NCBI GenBank assembly: GCA_965645245.1
Contig: OZ287077.1
Span: 124,001 to 188,000 of the forward strand
Length of the DNA stretch: 64,000 bases
DNA from: Massalongia carnosa
Lineage: Eukaryota
Reading direction: 5' to 3'
The number at the start of each line of letters is the position of its first letter. Position 1 is the stretch's first letter. The translations under genes were made by a program, and so were the position numbers. This document shows, in pieces, positions 13,100 to 25,381 of the stretch. The notes under the pieces were generated by a model. It ran no database searches. It was not told the DNA's origin and saw only the letters and a list, made by a program, of their open reading frames with translations.

Positions 13100-14200
13100 G
13101 CGAGAGAATCGCCAGACGATTCCTCCCTGTGGTGCGACCGGCAGTCGGGGTCGAGGCAGAGGCACACGCGGCCGGGGAGGCCGAGTCACACTCCAATCAG
13201 ACTCTAGAGAGGCAACAATAGAACATGAGTCACGCCACTCCTCCTCCGAGGCAATCCCGCCTCCAGACCGTCGCGCGGCCCTCAGGGCGGAAGCCGAAAG
13301 GCCACGAGCCGAAGCAAAAGCCAGAGAAATCGAGCAAGAGGAGGCAGAGCTCGAACGCGAGATATAACGTCTCAGAGACGAAGCGGTGCCGTCACGCACA
13401 GAATCCGCACCACCCACAAATTCTTTAATACTTCCAGCGAGACCGAGCGCGTTCGCGACATTTCATGCGGAGGGTGCGTCTCCTATGTTTCATTCTCTGA
13501 TAGCTCGATTTCCAATGGTAGACACGGAGCACTTCAAAAACATCCGTGACAACAAGTTCAAAGTGGAGAATATTATGAAGCTGTCGACCGAATATGAGTC
13601 GGTTCGCCCAAAAACAAATATCAAAGAATCGGGTCGACCGAGGTGGAATATCGGGAAGAGGACGCCCTGGCCTCGGACGCACGAGGAAGCACACATCTTC
13701 TTCGCGCGTTTCTCATATACTGTCAAATCGTCATTCACATCGCTCACGCGGGCACACAAATGGAACTACAAGCGGCAATGCACGTCTACATCGATCAATT
13801 GCTAGGATGGTCCCTTCTATACACGTTCGAATCAATTCGTCAATTCCACTTCGGCTTTCATAAAGCCCGCCTCGTGGAGGGCGTGGACGACCCGCGCGGT
13901 TAGCGGACCCCGAACAGAGGTTTAGAAGAACGAAATCTCCGTCGAAAAATCGATTACAACGCTGGCCCCAATCTTCGTCGAACACAGAGCACGAATTCGC
14001 TCGTTCAACGCACGTCAAGTCAAGACGATCAACGCGGCATAGCAGCGTGCAGACGATACAACAACGGCGGCGATTGTCCAAGCAACTGCACATTTCGTCA
14101 CGTTTGCGAGTCATGCGGACGCCAGCATACGTAACGCGATTGTCGCATGCGCGTCAATCCATATCCTCCGCAGCAAAGCAAGCCCAGTTGACTATCCATC
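13100..14200 (+). pseudogene. Ngaro gag-like ORF with zinc fingers
   Basis: Coiled-coil N-terminus; CRRYNNGGDCPSNCTFRHVCESCGRQH*RDC at about 14044-14150; frameshifts and stops. Confidence 0.7.
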
Positions 14201-14269
14201 TCAAGCGCTCTCTCGTTCATTTCCGAGGGTTTTCCATATCGGATAGACACCGACGCGGATGCGGACGAG

Positions 14270-16440
14270 GTACGATGCCCACTGAAGTCAGTGGGATGGA
14301 AACGATGATTGGAGAAACATCCAGACAGTGTCTATAGAAGGACAATTCTTAACATCATTCGATGTGGGGCAAGGATTGGCTACACAGGGCCAAAACAGCG
14401 TATCATAAGCCCGAACCTATCTTCTGCCAAAGATGCACCCGAGGTGTTGTCCAAAGATCAGGACAAACAGATTCAAAATCACCGTGTAGTACCCGTACGG
14501 GAACCACCGCCTCACTTTATGTCCTCCCCACTGGGCCTCGTCCCCAAGCCCAATGGCAAATGGCGAAGAATTCATCATCTGTCTCATCTACGCAAGGGCT
14601 CGGTCAATTACCACATTCCCGCTGAATGGGGCGCCCTAGAGTACACGTCATTTGACGAAGCACTAGAAGCTCTTCTTGACGTCGGACGAGGAGCATACCT
14701 CGTAAAACGCGACCTCACGGACGCCTTCCGGCACATACCCGTCGCAAGCGCGGACTAGTGGCTACTGGGTTTTCAGTGGAACAATTCTTATTGGATGGAC
14801 ATCTTCCTCCCATTTGGTCTTCGTACCTCCCCATTTATCTTCGATCTCTTCGCGAAGGGAATAAACTTGATATTAGTCGTTCAGAACTGGCTAGTCCTAC
14901 ATTATTTAGATGACTTCCTCGCGATTGTCAAGACGAGCGAGGAGGCATCCCGTTACGAGTCCGCGTTCGACACGTTGTGCGACGAGTTGGGCATGCGTAT
15001 AAACGTATCAAAGGGAGAGACGGGGCAAATCTGCGATTTTCTCGGGTTAACACTAGACACACCCAACGCATGGAAGCCCGCCTACCTCCCGACAAATTAA
15101 AAAAGGCCATCGAATGGGTCAACAGCGCATTGACGCAAGACTATATGTCCAAAGACGAACTACGTTCCCTTCTGGGGTTTCTATCATTTGCGGCCAAAGT
15201 GGTCAAACCAGGCAGAGCCTTTTTACGCCGCCTATTTACCGCCCTCGGCGAAGACACGGGTCGGATCCGCATAGCCGGCGACATGCGACTAGATCTATTA
15301 TGGTGGCAATACTTCTTGCCCTGATGGAACGGCGTTCAAATCTTACGATCGCTGAACACTAGAGAGGAAATTCGTCTATGGACAGACGCTTCGGGAACAT
15401 GGGGAATGGGCGGGTACTATTCGGTGCACCGAACCCCACACTCCACCGAAGCGGGCACGCTTTCTCGTCATTCAAATACAAAAACACTAGAGACAACCGA
15501 AACACAGCGTGCGTTTGCCGAGGTATCTCTCCCAAGACGAGGTGTTCTTACGAGACCCTCGCATTGGATGCCTTCAAAGAAGAAGAACTCAATCTCTTTC
15601 GAGACGTCTTCAGACAACGAGTTGAGGATACAAGATGTCCGGGTCTCGCAATCTCAGGGGATGGTCGGGGTGATAGACGACGAGAATTTCAACGAATTCC
15701 TAGTCACACCTGCCGAGACGTCAGCCATACGGACCTCGTCCGGGGACATCGCAATGCGCACCTTTAAGTCCGGGACAACCGAGATAACCGAAGAAGGAAA
15801 TTACAGCGAATTTCTGGAGGTGTCTGCCGAGGTGTCTTCGATGCGGATGGCCGGGATGACAGACGAAGAAAATTCCAAAGAATTTCTCGCTACATCTGCT
15901 CGAGGTGTCAAAGGTTCACCGGACCTCGTCCGGGAACATGCCGCGTCACGCATGGCGCATAGCAAAATAGTCGGAACGATCGACGAAGGACATTCAAAGG
16001 AATCTCTAGTCTCGTCCGCCTCGATAAGGACCTCGTCCAGAGACATGAAGAAACATATCAATGTCAAAGAAATGATGGCTGTATTACACGCACTGAAGAA
16101 TTCTCGATAAGGACCTCGTCCAGAGAAATGAAGAAACATATCATCAATGCCAAAGAAATGATGGCTGTATTACACGCACTGCGCAAATGGTTACCTATTT
16201 TAAAGGATCCAAACTCGTCATATATGGCGACAATCAAGCGGTCGTAAATGGACTACGCATCGGCTCCATACGCGGCCCGACCATGAAACCCCTACGGGAT
16301 ATTGCCATGCTACTAGCATTACATGACATCGTCATTGAATCACATTGGATCTCATCAAGAGAGAATACTCTGGCAGATATACTTTCCCGCGGTCAATGGA
16401 ACAAAATTGCTGACAACTATCCTTTACTACAGGACTTGAC
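14270..16440 (+). pseudogene. Ngaro RT-RNase H
   Basis: SSPLGLVPKPNGKWRRIHHLS, DLTDAFRHIP, LPFGLRTSP, HYLDDF (14903-14914), WTDAS, HINVKEMMAV, GDNQAVV, NTLADILSR. Confidence 0.9.
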
Positions 16441-16479
16441 ATTAGCCCACGGGGCACAATCGGTGAACCACCGGAACAC

Positions 16480-17420
16480 TGGTTCCAAAACCAAGAACTG
16501 TCAAACTCAGCAGCGAGATATCTATGGTGGGGCCTAGCTGAAGGGACTAGAATATCGTACGAGCAGGCACGACGAAGCTACACCAAATACTGCGTGATAT
16601 GGAATTACGTCCCCTTTCCTCCGTCCATTCGCTCATTATGCGACTGGGCAGCTAATTTAGGCGACAAGGGAATTAACCCAAAAACCATAAAACAATACTT
16701 AAGCGGCATCAGATCTTATCAAGTCGACCGAGGCGCGTCGAAGGCCGAATTAGACATTTTCCATCATCCCCAACTAGAGAGAATCGTGGCAGGCATACGC
16801 CGGCTCCGTCCCGCCGCCCAGCCGCGAGAACGTCGTCCTATAACCCGATCCATCCTAGAAGAGATCGTTAGTACTTTTGATCAAAATTCCTTAAGGGGAG
16901 CCATACTGCACGCGGCCTTCTGTTTAGCCTTCGCGGCCTTCTTACGTATCGGAGAATTCACATGGGAAGAAAACATGTGGGGAGACGACTTTGCCCAATG
17001 GCACATAACCAGAGGTTCACTATTACTGAGCGAGGAAAGATTACAGCTGACCCTTCCCGCCTCCAAGACGGATCCCTTCCGACAAGGGGTCACAGTTACA
17101 GTAGCGGCCGTCAACGACGAAGCCTGCCCAGTCCGATCATTGAGAAATCTGATCGAACGTTTTCCAACAGATCTCACCCAACCTATGTTCTATCCAAAAA
17201 AACTTTCACGCGAAACTTTGTCACTAAAGCATTACGAGACGTTCTAAAAGACAAGGGATATCAGGGAAATTATTCAGGTCACTCCTTTCGGAGAGGGGCC
17301 GCCACCTCCGCGAAAAACGCCGGCCTAAACGAGGATGAAATCAAGCTGTTAGGACGCTGGGAATCAGACGCCTACTGATTATACATACACACAAACCCCC
17401 CAATCATACAGAATGCCTCG
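16480..17420 (+). pseudogene. tyrosine recombinase (frameshifted)
   Basis: AFLRIGEF (catalytic R), SKTDPFRQG (K), GHSFRRGAAT (HxxR), GRWESDAY. Confidence 0.9.
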
Positions 17421-20192
17421 AGACGACATACATCAAAGAGGCTGAATACCACATGTCCCGCACCTTACCCGAACCCTCACCACATGCACACCGCACCCAC
17501 ACCATCGCGAGACTTCGCACGCTATAAACCATTCCTCTGCGAGAAATACGGTTTTAGGGTTTTGGGAGTATGTCTTGACCCCAGGATTCGCATCTACAGC
17601 GTCCATGGACCCCGTAGCCTACCCGTTGCGGCTCCGTACCCGGCGCGGACGGCGCACGAACGGTGTCATGCCACACCCTAGGGTCAGGACTTTGCCCAAA
17701 CACTAGAATAGCAATAAACACAAGGTGGCTGCGTTTCACTAGCTCGATCCTTTCTGATGGTTGTATCATGATCTATAATGAGTTTTGATCACCAAAATCA
17801 AAGCTATGATAGAGTCACTTGTCTTTCTGACCAGATTGCTTTCGTGCCTGGACGGTTGTGCTTTTCAAAGTAGCGAATATTATAGCAAAGTTCAGATCTT
17901 CCGACACTAGTTTCATGTTAACAGATGGTCGGCATCTACAGCAGTATCTTAGAGAGGGCTACACGGAACTTGTCCTCAAGTCTAACGACACTCTGCTTTT
18001 CAGACTAATAATATTCTCATCTTTTGGCTCGAACTTGATTCCAAAGCCACGTACTAGGTCCCAGAATGGCGTGAAAACTCGACAAGCTTGCATTAAAAAT
18101 GTGAACGCGTGATCGCTGAGTTGAATATAGTCCCAAGAATCCCGTTGACGAAGAACGCTATGTTTACACAAAATTGTTAGTCATTGAATTTGAAGATCCG
18201 TGTAACGATTGTTAATGCCCGTACATAAATGACAATTGTTCTTCATTTATGTTCTGTTGCTTCTTGTAAGCTCCATTTTTCCGATCCACAAGCTTTTTGG
18301 CTTTGAGCAGTCTTACGGATAAACCCTCTTCCAACTCCTGCGCATTACTGAACACACTCTTATTAAACCTTGTCGCAGTACACATGAGCAGTCATCATTT
18401 AGCTTGTACGTCTCTCATAATCACCTTGGCGTTGACCGCCGGAGAGAGAGCTTCTCGACTCGCATCTTGGTGGGGTGGAAGAGGCGTCGCATCTCGACAT
18501 CACCAGGCACTGGCTGGTTGCCGGCGTCGAGAAGTCTCATATTGCCATTGGCCAGGCTTTGCGTTGCTCAAGCAGACTTTATAGGCCTACCAGGTGATAA
18601 AGCTTTGTTCCCTGATATGTAGGTGTGAAATTGGATAGTCAGGCGGGAGAGCTATTTATCAAGTCATGGTACTGTAACCGCGCCTTGATAATTGGTTGGA
18701 TGGCCATGTCTGTTAGATGGTGAGACTACTATCCGTTAGATGGTCAGGCTACCATCAATACAGGCATCCATCCTGAGTCCCACGGATGCCTGCCAGATAC
18801 CTATAGAGGTGCCTAATATGTAGTCATGGAGGTGCCTTGTTAGAGCTAATTGATCACCTTGGTGCATGATACGAATATTTAGAAGGGATAGTTGTTCTAT
18901 TTACTATCTGCAGATTTTACCCAACTCCAAAATGAACGCTAGGCCCAAACGGGCAGTCACCAACTGCCTGACACATTCTGTTTGGCCTCCTAGCCCAAAC
19001 ATCAACACTCCCACTCAGGCATGGTGGGAGGAAATGATGACCACGAGTTCCAGACAGTTATAAGAGAAGTCTCTGAAATACGATTAGTCTACACCTCTCT
19101 TGGAGAGGGCATTGAGGAACGTGATGCGCAAAGGCAATCATCACCAAACCGCCTCTGTAACGGGTGGGCAATAGAAGGCCTACTCAAGTGGTGGTGATGA
19201 TGGTCTTGACGGCTAGCTAATAGCTATGCTAAATAAACAAGACGAACACAAAGAAGAAAGAAGCAATTGCTGCAGAGATTTTCTTATAACTACTTGATCC
19301 CTTTACTAACCTTGATGAGGTCAGCTTCCCGCTAAACCCAATGCGCTACCTCCCGCGATGCTAAATGTCGGGGGTATCGCTTAGCAATCCTAGCAACCTT
19401 CTTGTGACTACCTTTCCTAGATTATCCTTATTCGCACCATGACATTCATCGGACGTCTTGTGTATTATTCTCAACTTCTAGTTTTAGCATATCTAGATAT
19501 CCGTTCTGCAAGATAGAGTCTTATATCTCTCCAGCCCTCCCCAGACACCAGAAATGGACGTCTGGAATGCATGCAGTCGGTGAAACGGTGACGGTAGTGG
19601 AAGTCGGAAAGGTGAAAAAGCTGATGGGGGCCATAATGCTCAGTTTGGTGTGGGAGAACTCGATCGTGCACGGTCGGAGGTGGAGTAATCAGAGTGATCA
19701 GAGGTGCAAAACAAGGAGGTTTTTCGACGTTTGATGCTCAGTTCAACTGCTCAATTGCACCAGTACTATCATATATCGCACCGTGGTCGCCAATGAAGAG
19801 GGGTAGTCGTGCGTGCTAATGGAAGGTGGTAGTACGTGATGATAGATGGCGAACTGAGCAGTGAACACACACACACAAACGTCTGAATGGACCTACGACT
19901 GCATAGACATGAAAAGAACTCGACGACTGAACGTCTGACCGACTAGATGGTACACGAAATAAACGTGTCTAGATGATGGCTACGTGACACGATAATGATG
20001 ATGACTGCGTAGATGATAAAATGATGATCGAGAATGATGTCCAGAGATGATGAAGAAAACGCCAGCAAAAAACCCCTTTTATCTCCACATAGGCCTGCCG
20101 TGTCACCTGACTATAGATGACACGTGTCGCCCCACCACACTAGCTAAGCTTCCTCCAAACGGGCTGGCTGACCCGTAGGGTATGAGAGCAAT

Positions 20193-20416
20193 TGTAATTG
20201 GCTACGAGACCAGTAAGCTAATCACGAGCGACACTTATCTCGAAAGAGGAAATGCTCAGCGTGAGAGGTGGAAGATAGCTACTACGTGCTAGTCTCCGAG
20301 AGTATACGTTATCCAAAGAACTTAGGGATGTGGAAGTGTTTAGACCAAGAGATTTCGTCCGAGACCCAAACGTAGGTTTTTCATAGAATAAAGACTAATT
20401 GCTAACGAATACTACA
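20193..20416. repeat. probable LTR (solo or remnant), related to 28130-28283
   Basis: Starts TGTAA; about 145 bp are clearly similar to the second copy. The right end (actaca) is uncertain and there is no TSD. Confidence 0.5.
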
Positions 20417-21152
20417 GAACTCGTTCTGGTATTTATCCTACTCACCCTAAGCCTATAGCCTTGGGAGCCTTGGAACCATAGGAGCCTTGCAACCCCCATC
20501 TGACCTTATCGCCTTACATCCAACTATCCCTCAGGATCCATCTACAAACTCGGCGTTCGCTGGATCATCTAGTCAGCATCGAGCAGCCTTCGAACTAGAC
20601 CTTCCCTTGCAAGGTAAAACTGTTCTACCTGCGGCTAGATTCCAAACTACATTGCTAGCCTGCCTCTAAATATAGAGTTTACGACTAGTATCCACAGGAG
20701 TTCGCCTTACTCCATGGCAATCTACCACCACGGCCTCGACAGGTGTTTGATATGTAAGCAGTCTAGAACGTAGTAACAACTAATTCGGAGTTGTGTGGCA
20801 AGGTGGCGTCGTGTCAACCTCGACGGCTGCGCGACAAAGTACTACGGCTTGGCTCATGCTAGTTAATACCGCATCCGCCGTAGTTAATCACGTATCATTC
20901 TAGCGCTATCCGTATTACAGGTGACGAGAATGATAAAGAAGAAAATGATGAGAAACATGGGGATAAGAGTAAGGTTTAGAATTAAAAAGAATGAAAGAGT
21001 AGGGATAAGGGTAAAAATAAGGGTAAGAATGAGAGGGAGAAAGATGATTAGGATACGTTTGAGAATTAGGAAGAGGAAGAGGGAGATTTTAAGGACGAGG
21101 ATAAGAGTAAAGGTGAGAATTTTTGTAAGGGTAAGGATTGATATCTGTATAC

Positions 21153-21187
<35 letters not shown>
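21153..21187 (-). repeat. (CAAT)8 tail of the LINE
   Basis: attg tandem between the TSD and the LINE 3' UTR. Confidence 0.9.
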
Positions 21188-21527
21188 CATACACCGATCC
21201 AAGGGCCGAAGGCCCTTATGCGGGAGTGCTAAACTACATCGGGGGGTGTCCCAAGAGATGGGTATCTAAGTCTGCTGAGGGCAGAATTGCTGCACTAAGC
21301 GCTGAAAGTACAAAAAATACAAAATCTCTTTTAGCTGTACGAGGGGTTGTGAATGCAAGGAAGAGGGAAAAGAAGACACGAACAGAGGGACAAACCGCTT
21401 GAGACAAATCGATAAATAGAACTCCAACGCCACCCTCCTGGGCCCCTGTGCTTGGTGTTGATACATGCAAGCCCTACCATGGTAGAGACTATTCTGTGAG
21501 CGGGATAAAACAAGAGCCGGTCTGCCG

Positions 21528-24500
21528 TTAACTCGTGGATTGTTCGGTTGCTATCCTCACGTCTCCAAATTGGCCGAGGAGACGTGAGGATAGCATGAAT
21601 TTGGATGCTGCCTTGGCCAGTCTGGGGGTGCTAAAAATTTCTTGGAGATCGAACACCTTCCGGCCTATCCAGATAGTCTCCATGCGCAATCGATGGTGCC
21701 TGACGCACTCTAGAAGCACATGGTGAACTGTTTGATAACCGAAGCCGCATGGGCATTCGCCCGTTTCGGTGCGGCCTATATCTGAGAGATACTTGCGTAG
21801 ACCAATCTTACCTGTTCTCATCTGCACCAGGGTGGAACTCATTGACTTGTGAAGCCCCTGGTAAAGCTGCAAGACCTTGTTAGTGGGCTGGGGGAGGAGC
21901 TTTTTCGTCATCTGTCCGCGTTTTTCTGCCTCCCAATCCCCAGCCCATTCTTTGCTGATCATTGTCCTCATGTTGCGTTTTATCGCCGACTTCGCTGTGT
22001 GTCCGAGGAAGTCGAAGTGGGTGATGGAGGGACTCTGGCCAGGTTCTAACCAGCCTGATGCTTCTTTTGCTGCTTGGTCTGCTATCTCGTTGCCTTCTAC
22101 TCCCATATGCCCAGGTATCCAGCAGAGTCTGACTCTGGCCTGCATCTCCCGGCATGCGTGGAGTTTTCCAATGATCTCGCGTAGTATGAACTGACCTGAT
22201 TGAGTTCCGGGGTCGGCTACTGATTTGATGGCTGATTGATTATCTGCAAAAACCGTTATTATCTCCCCTTGCCATCGTGCAATAGCCGCCGCCAGTCCCG
22301 GGTCGATGCCCACTAGTTCCGCGAGGTAAACTGTGGCTTCTTTGTTCGTTCCGAGGCGGGTTCCTACCCGTGTGTTGTCGCTGGGGATGACCGCTGCCGC
22401 ACCAACTTCGAAGAGGTTATCACTCCCATCCGTGTATATGACTATTTGGTTCGGCTCTGATGTCATCTTGTCATGCTCTTTGATTGCTTCCTCTTTACTG
22501 GAAGCAATGTGCGTTTCGGGGGGAGACCACCATGGTTCCACTATAAATGGAAGAATGACCTCTAACCGCCAGGGTTGAGGGCATTTCCCCGAAGTCATTA
22601 AGCGGGACTCTAGCTTAGCTAGAGGGCTCCAGTATCGATAGTGGGAGTCCGCTTGGCTTGTCCAGGCGCGGATCTCACGTATCATGGCGTAAAGGGGGCT
22701 TGAACGTATGCGCAGTAGTGACTCGTTCACTGCCTGCTCCATGCGTTGCCGGCCAGGCAGGAGGTGAAGCTCCATATCCAAGGCCGGGCCCGAGGTTGTT
22801 CTAAATGCCCCTGAAATGATGAGTGCCGCCCGTCGCTGAATAGATCTGACGGCTTTGAGCACGGCGGTTGCTTGCGTGATAGTCCCGTATCCGCCCTCGG
22901 GAACATACCATGCAGAGCATCCAAAGGTGAGTTGCGGTAGTATGGTGGCTTGATAGATCCTTCGAAGGCTCGCAAGACTGGTGCCCCATGTGGAGCCCGC
23001 AAGGCTGCCTAGGGCCCCCAGTCTCTTTGAGGTTTTGGCTTCCAGTTTCCTTAAATGGGCGTGCCATTTGAGCTTGTCGTCAAATGTGGCGCCCAGGTAG
23101 GTGGCGGTATGCTGTGGCTTGATGGTTTTGCCCGCTAGGGAGATAGCTCTCTCCGGGGGGTTCAAATCCGTCTCTGAGGGTCCTTTGATGAAGTGCAAGA
23201 GCTGAAATTTGGCGGGGGCAAATTTGGAGGCGTGTGTGTCCGCCCATTTCTGCTCCCTCGTCATGAACGAGGCTTCGAGATTCTACAGTTCTGTTCTGCT
23301 GAAGTTCCAATAATTAGTTTGGATATGTCATCGACATAGCCCAAGTTCATCTTTTTGGGCCCTTCCTCTTCCATAAGGTCGGCGTTGTAGAAGAGATAAA
23401 GAATAGGAGATATAGGGGATCCCTGAGGGACTCCAAAGTTCGTGGTGAATGGTTGCGAGGTGTATTCGGGCATGGCGATGGTCGTTTTCCTTTCCTGAAG
23501 GAAGCTTTCGATCCATTTAGCTATGTTGCCGTCTATTCTTCTCTTCCGTAGGTTGTGCAGTAGTCTTTCGTGGGATACGTTATCGTAAGCACCCGAGATG
23601 TCCAGCATGAGCACTGTGGCCACTTCGTTGTTAAGCCAGGCTGCGTGGATGGCCTCTAGGAGCAGATGGAGGGCGTGTTCGGGTGATCTAGCTCGCCTGC
23701 CGCCTATATGGAGTCTGGGGAGTAGGCTCTCGGTCTCCACCGCGTGATTGATTCTGGTTGCAATGATCTTCTCCATAGTCTTACCTAAAGTGTTGAGCAA
23801 GGCTATGGGTCTGTATGAATTCGGCAAACTGTAGTCGGCCTTAGCTGGTTTTCTGAGAACCACCGTGGTGGATTCTCTGAAAGCATTGGGGTGATGACCC
23901 AGTTCCCAGCTGGCGTTATACAGAGCTACAAGTGTGGGCATGATGAGCGGTAACACATCTCTGAGGATTCTATTAGGCAGTCCGTCGGGGCCTGGGGCCG
24001 AGAGTGGTGCTGCCTTTGTGATGGCTTTAGTTATTTCCCGAGCTGAGATGGGAGCAAATTGGATTGGCTCTGGATAGTGATAATCGGCTATGTCTTCAAG
24101 ATTGGTCGCGTCCGGGATAGGAAAAAACTGTCTGCGAAGCAGTTCAGCCTTGACCGAAGCCTCCGTCACTTTGGAGCCATCGCTTTTCATTAGGGTTGGG
24201 GTGAAGGCTTGGAATGGGGTCGACCTGTTCTTAGCCCATTTCGCAAGCTTCCAGAGACCATCTGGAGTGCTGGTGGCCTCCTCTACCCTGTCCCTATGTG
24301 TTGTCTTAAGAGCTTTTTGTACGATTTTGTTTTTGCTGTTTCTCGCCTCTCGGTAGGCTTCCCAGTCTTCCAGAGAGCGCGTTTCCTTATGCTTGCGCCT
24401 GAGACGTCTGCATAGGGTGACTGCCTCTTTGCATTCCGGGGTAAAGCCAGGTTTTGAATGATTGCACCCTCTAGAAAGTGGGACTGCTGTCTCCACTGCG

Positions 24501-25381
24501 TGCTGGATAGCTTCAACTAACTCGTGGGCCAAGTTGTCGAGTTCTTGAACTGTGCTCACGCTCCTAGGTGCCGGGAGCTTGTCTGTCATCGTGTCTAGTA
24601 GCCTTTTCCTATCAGTCTTAGACCACATGCGAGAGGACCTTATGGCCCTCTTAACTGTGGTGATATCGAATGCTGTGCCAATGGGGTAGTGATCTGAGTC
24701 ACAATCCAACTCTCTTCTCACATCGCACATGAGTACGGCTGAAGCCACTGCGGGGGTTGCGAACGTTAAGTCTATCGTGCTCTGTGCTGATCTATGATCG
24801 TATGTTATGGTACCAGGGGGGAGCAGAAGTTCTAGCTCGCTATGATCGAGAATCTCCAGTAGTTGGTCTGCCTCCGGATGTTGATGATGGTAGTCTTCGC
24901 CAGTCCATAGGGGATAGTGAAGATTGAAGTCCCCTACCACTATGTGTTCTCCCTCCACCTCTAGCGCCTTGATTAGGTCTGGCAAGGTGCTGTAGTTTCC
25001 CTGAGAGGGGGAGGGATTGTAGATGTTATGGATATTGATGACTCGCTGGGTTTCGCCAGGAAATTCCAAGTGCAAAGTCATCAGATCGGGAGAGTGGAAG
25101 GTTACCTTCCAAGAGGCGCTTGCTATGTCTTTGTTGACGAACATGCATACTCTCGGAGGGAGCTCTTGTTCTCCTGTTTCGGGGGGATAGAGAAGGTGGA
25201 AAACATTTTTGACCGGATTGTGCGTGGTGTGTTGATAGGGGTTCCCCGCCCAGGGTTCCTGGATGGCCAGGATGCCGTATTTCATGGTTTCCTCCCTGCG
25301 AAGGAAGTCCGCCATGACAGTGTTCTTGGATTTGTTGCAGTTGTACTGAAGTATGGACAGATAGTGGGTGTATTCACTCAT
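21528..25381 (-). pseudogene. LINE ORF2: APE endonuclease, RT, RNase H, C-terminal CCHC; one frameshift near 23275
   Basis: LQYN, IQEP, GDFNLH, SDHYPI; YRPIALLNTLGK, GVPQGSPISP, YVDD; YTDGS, WIPGHMGVEGNEIAD; CPCG..QTVHHVLLEC. Confidence 0.92.

Larger units (their letters stand above)
12817..17687 (+). mobile_element. tyrosine-recombinase retrotransposon (Ngaro/DIRS group), decayed
   Basis: Order gag-like, RT, RNase H, tyrosine recombinase; no DDE integrase or protease; no methyltransferase seen. Ends are approximate. Confidence 0.85.

Noticed and set aside
15661..16181. CRISPR- or DGR-like repeat array next to an RT
   Set aside because: Units are degenerate, irregularly spaced and in-frame coding; there are no cas genes and no adenine-specific TR/VR pattern.
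19156..19444. Solo LTR tgtaac...tgaca
   Set aside because: Flanks gcctc and ttcat are not a TSD and there is no second copy, so it is not listed as a feature.
20921..21157. 78-aa Arg/Ile-rich ORF
   Set aside because: Translation of low-complexity purine-rich DNA.
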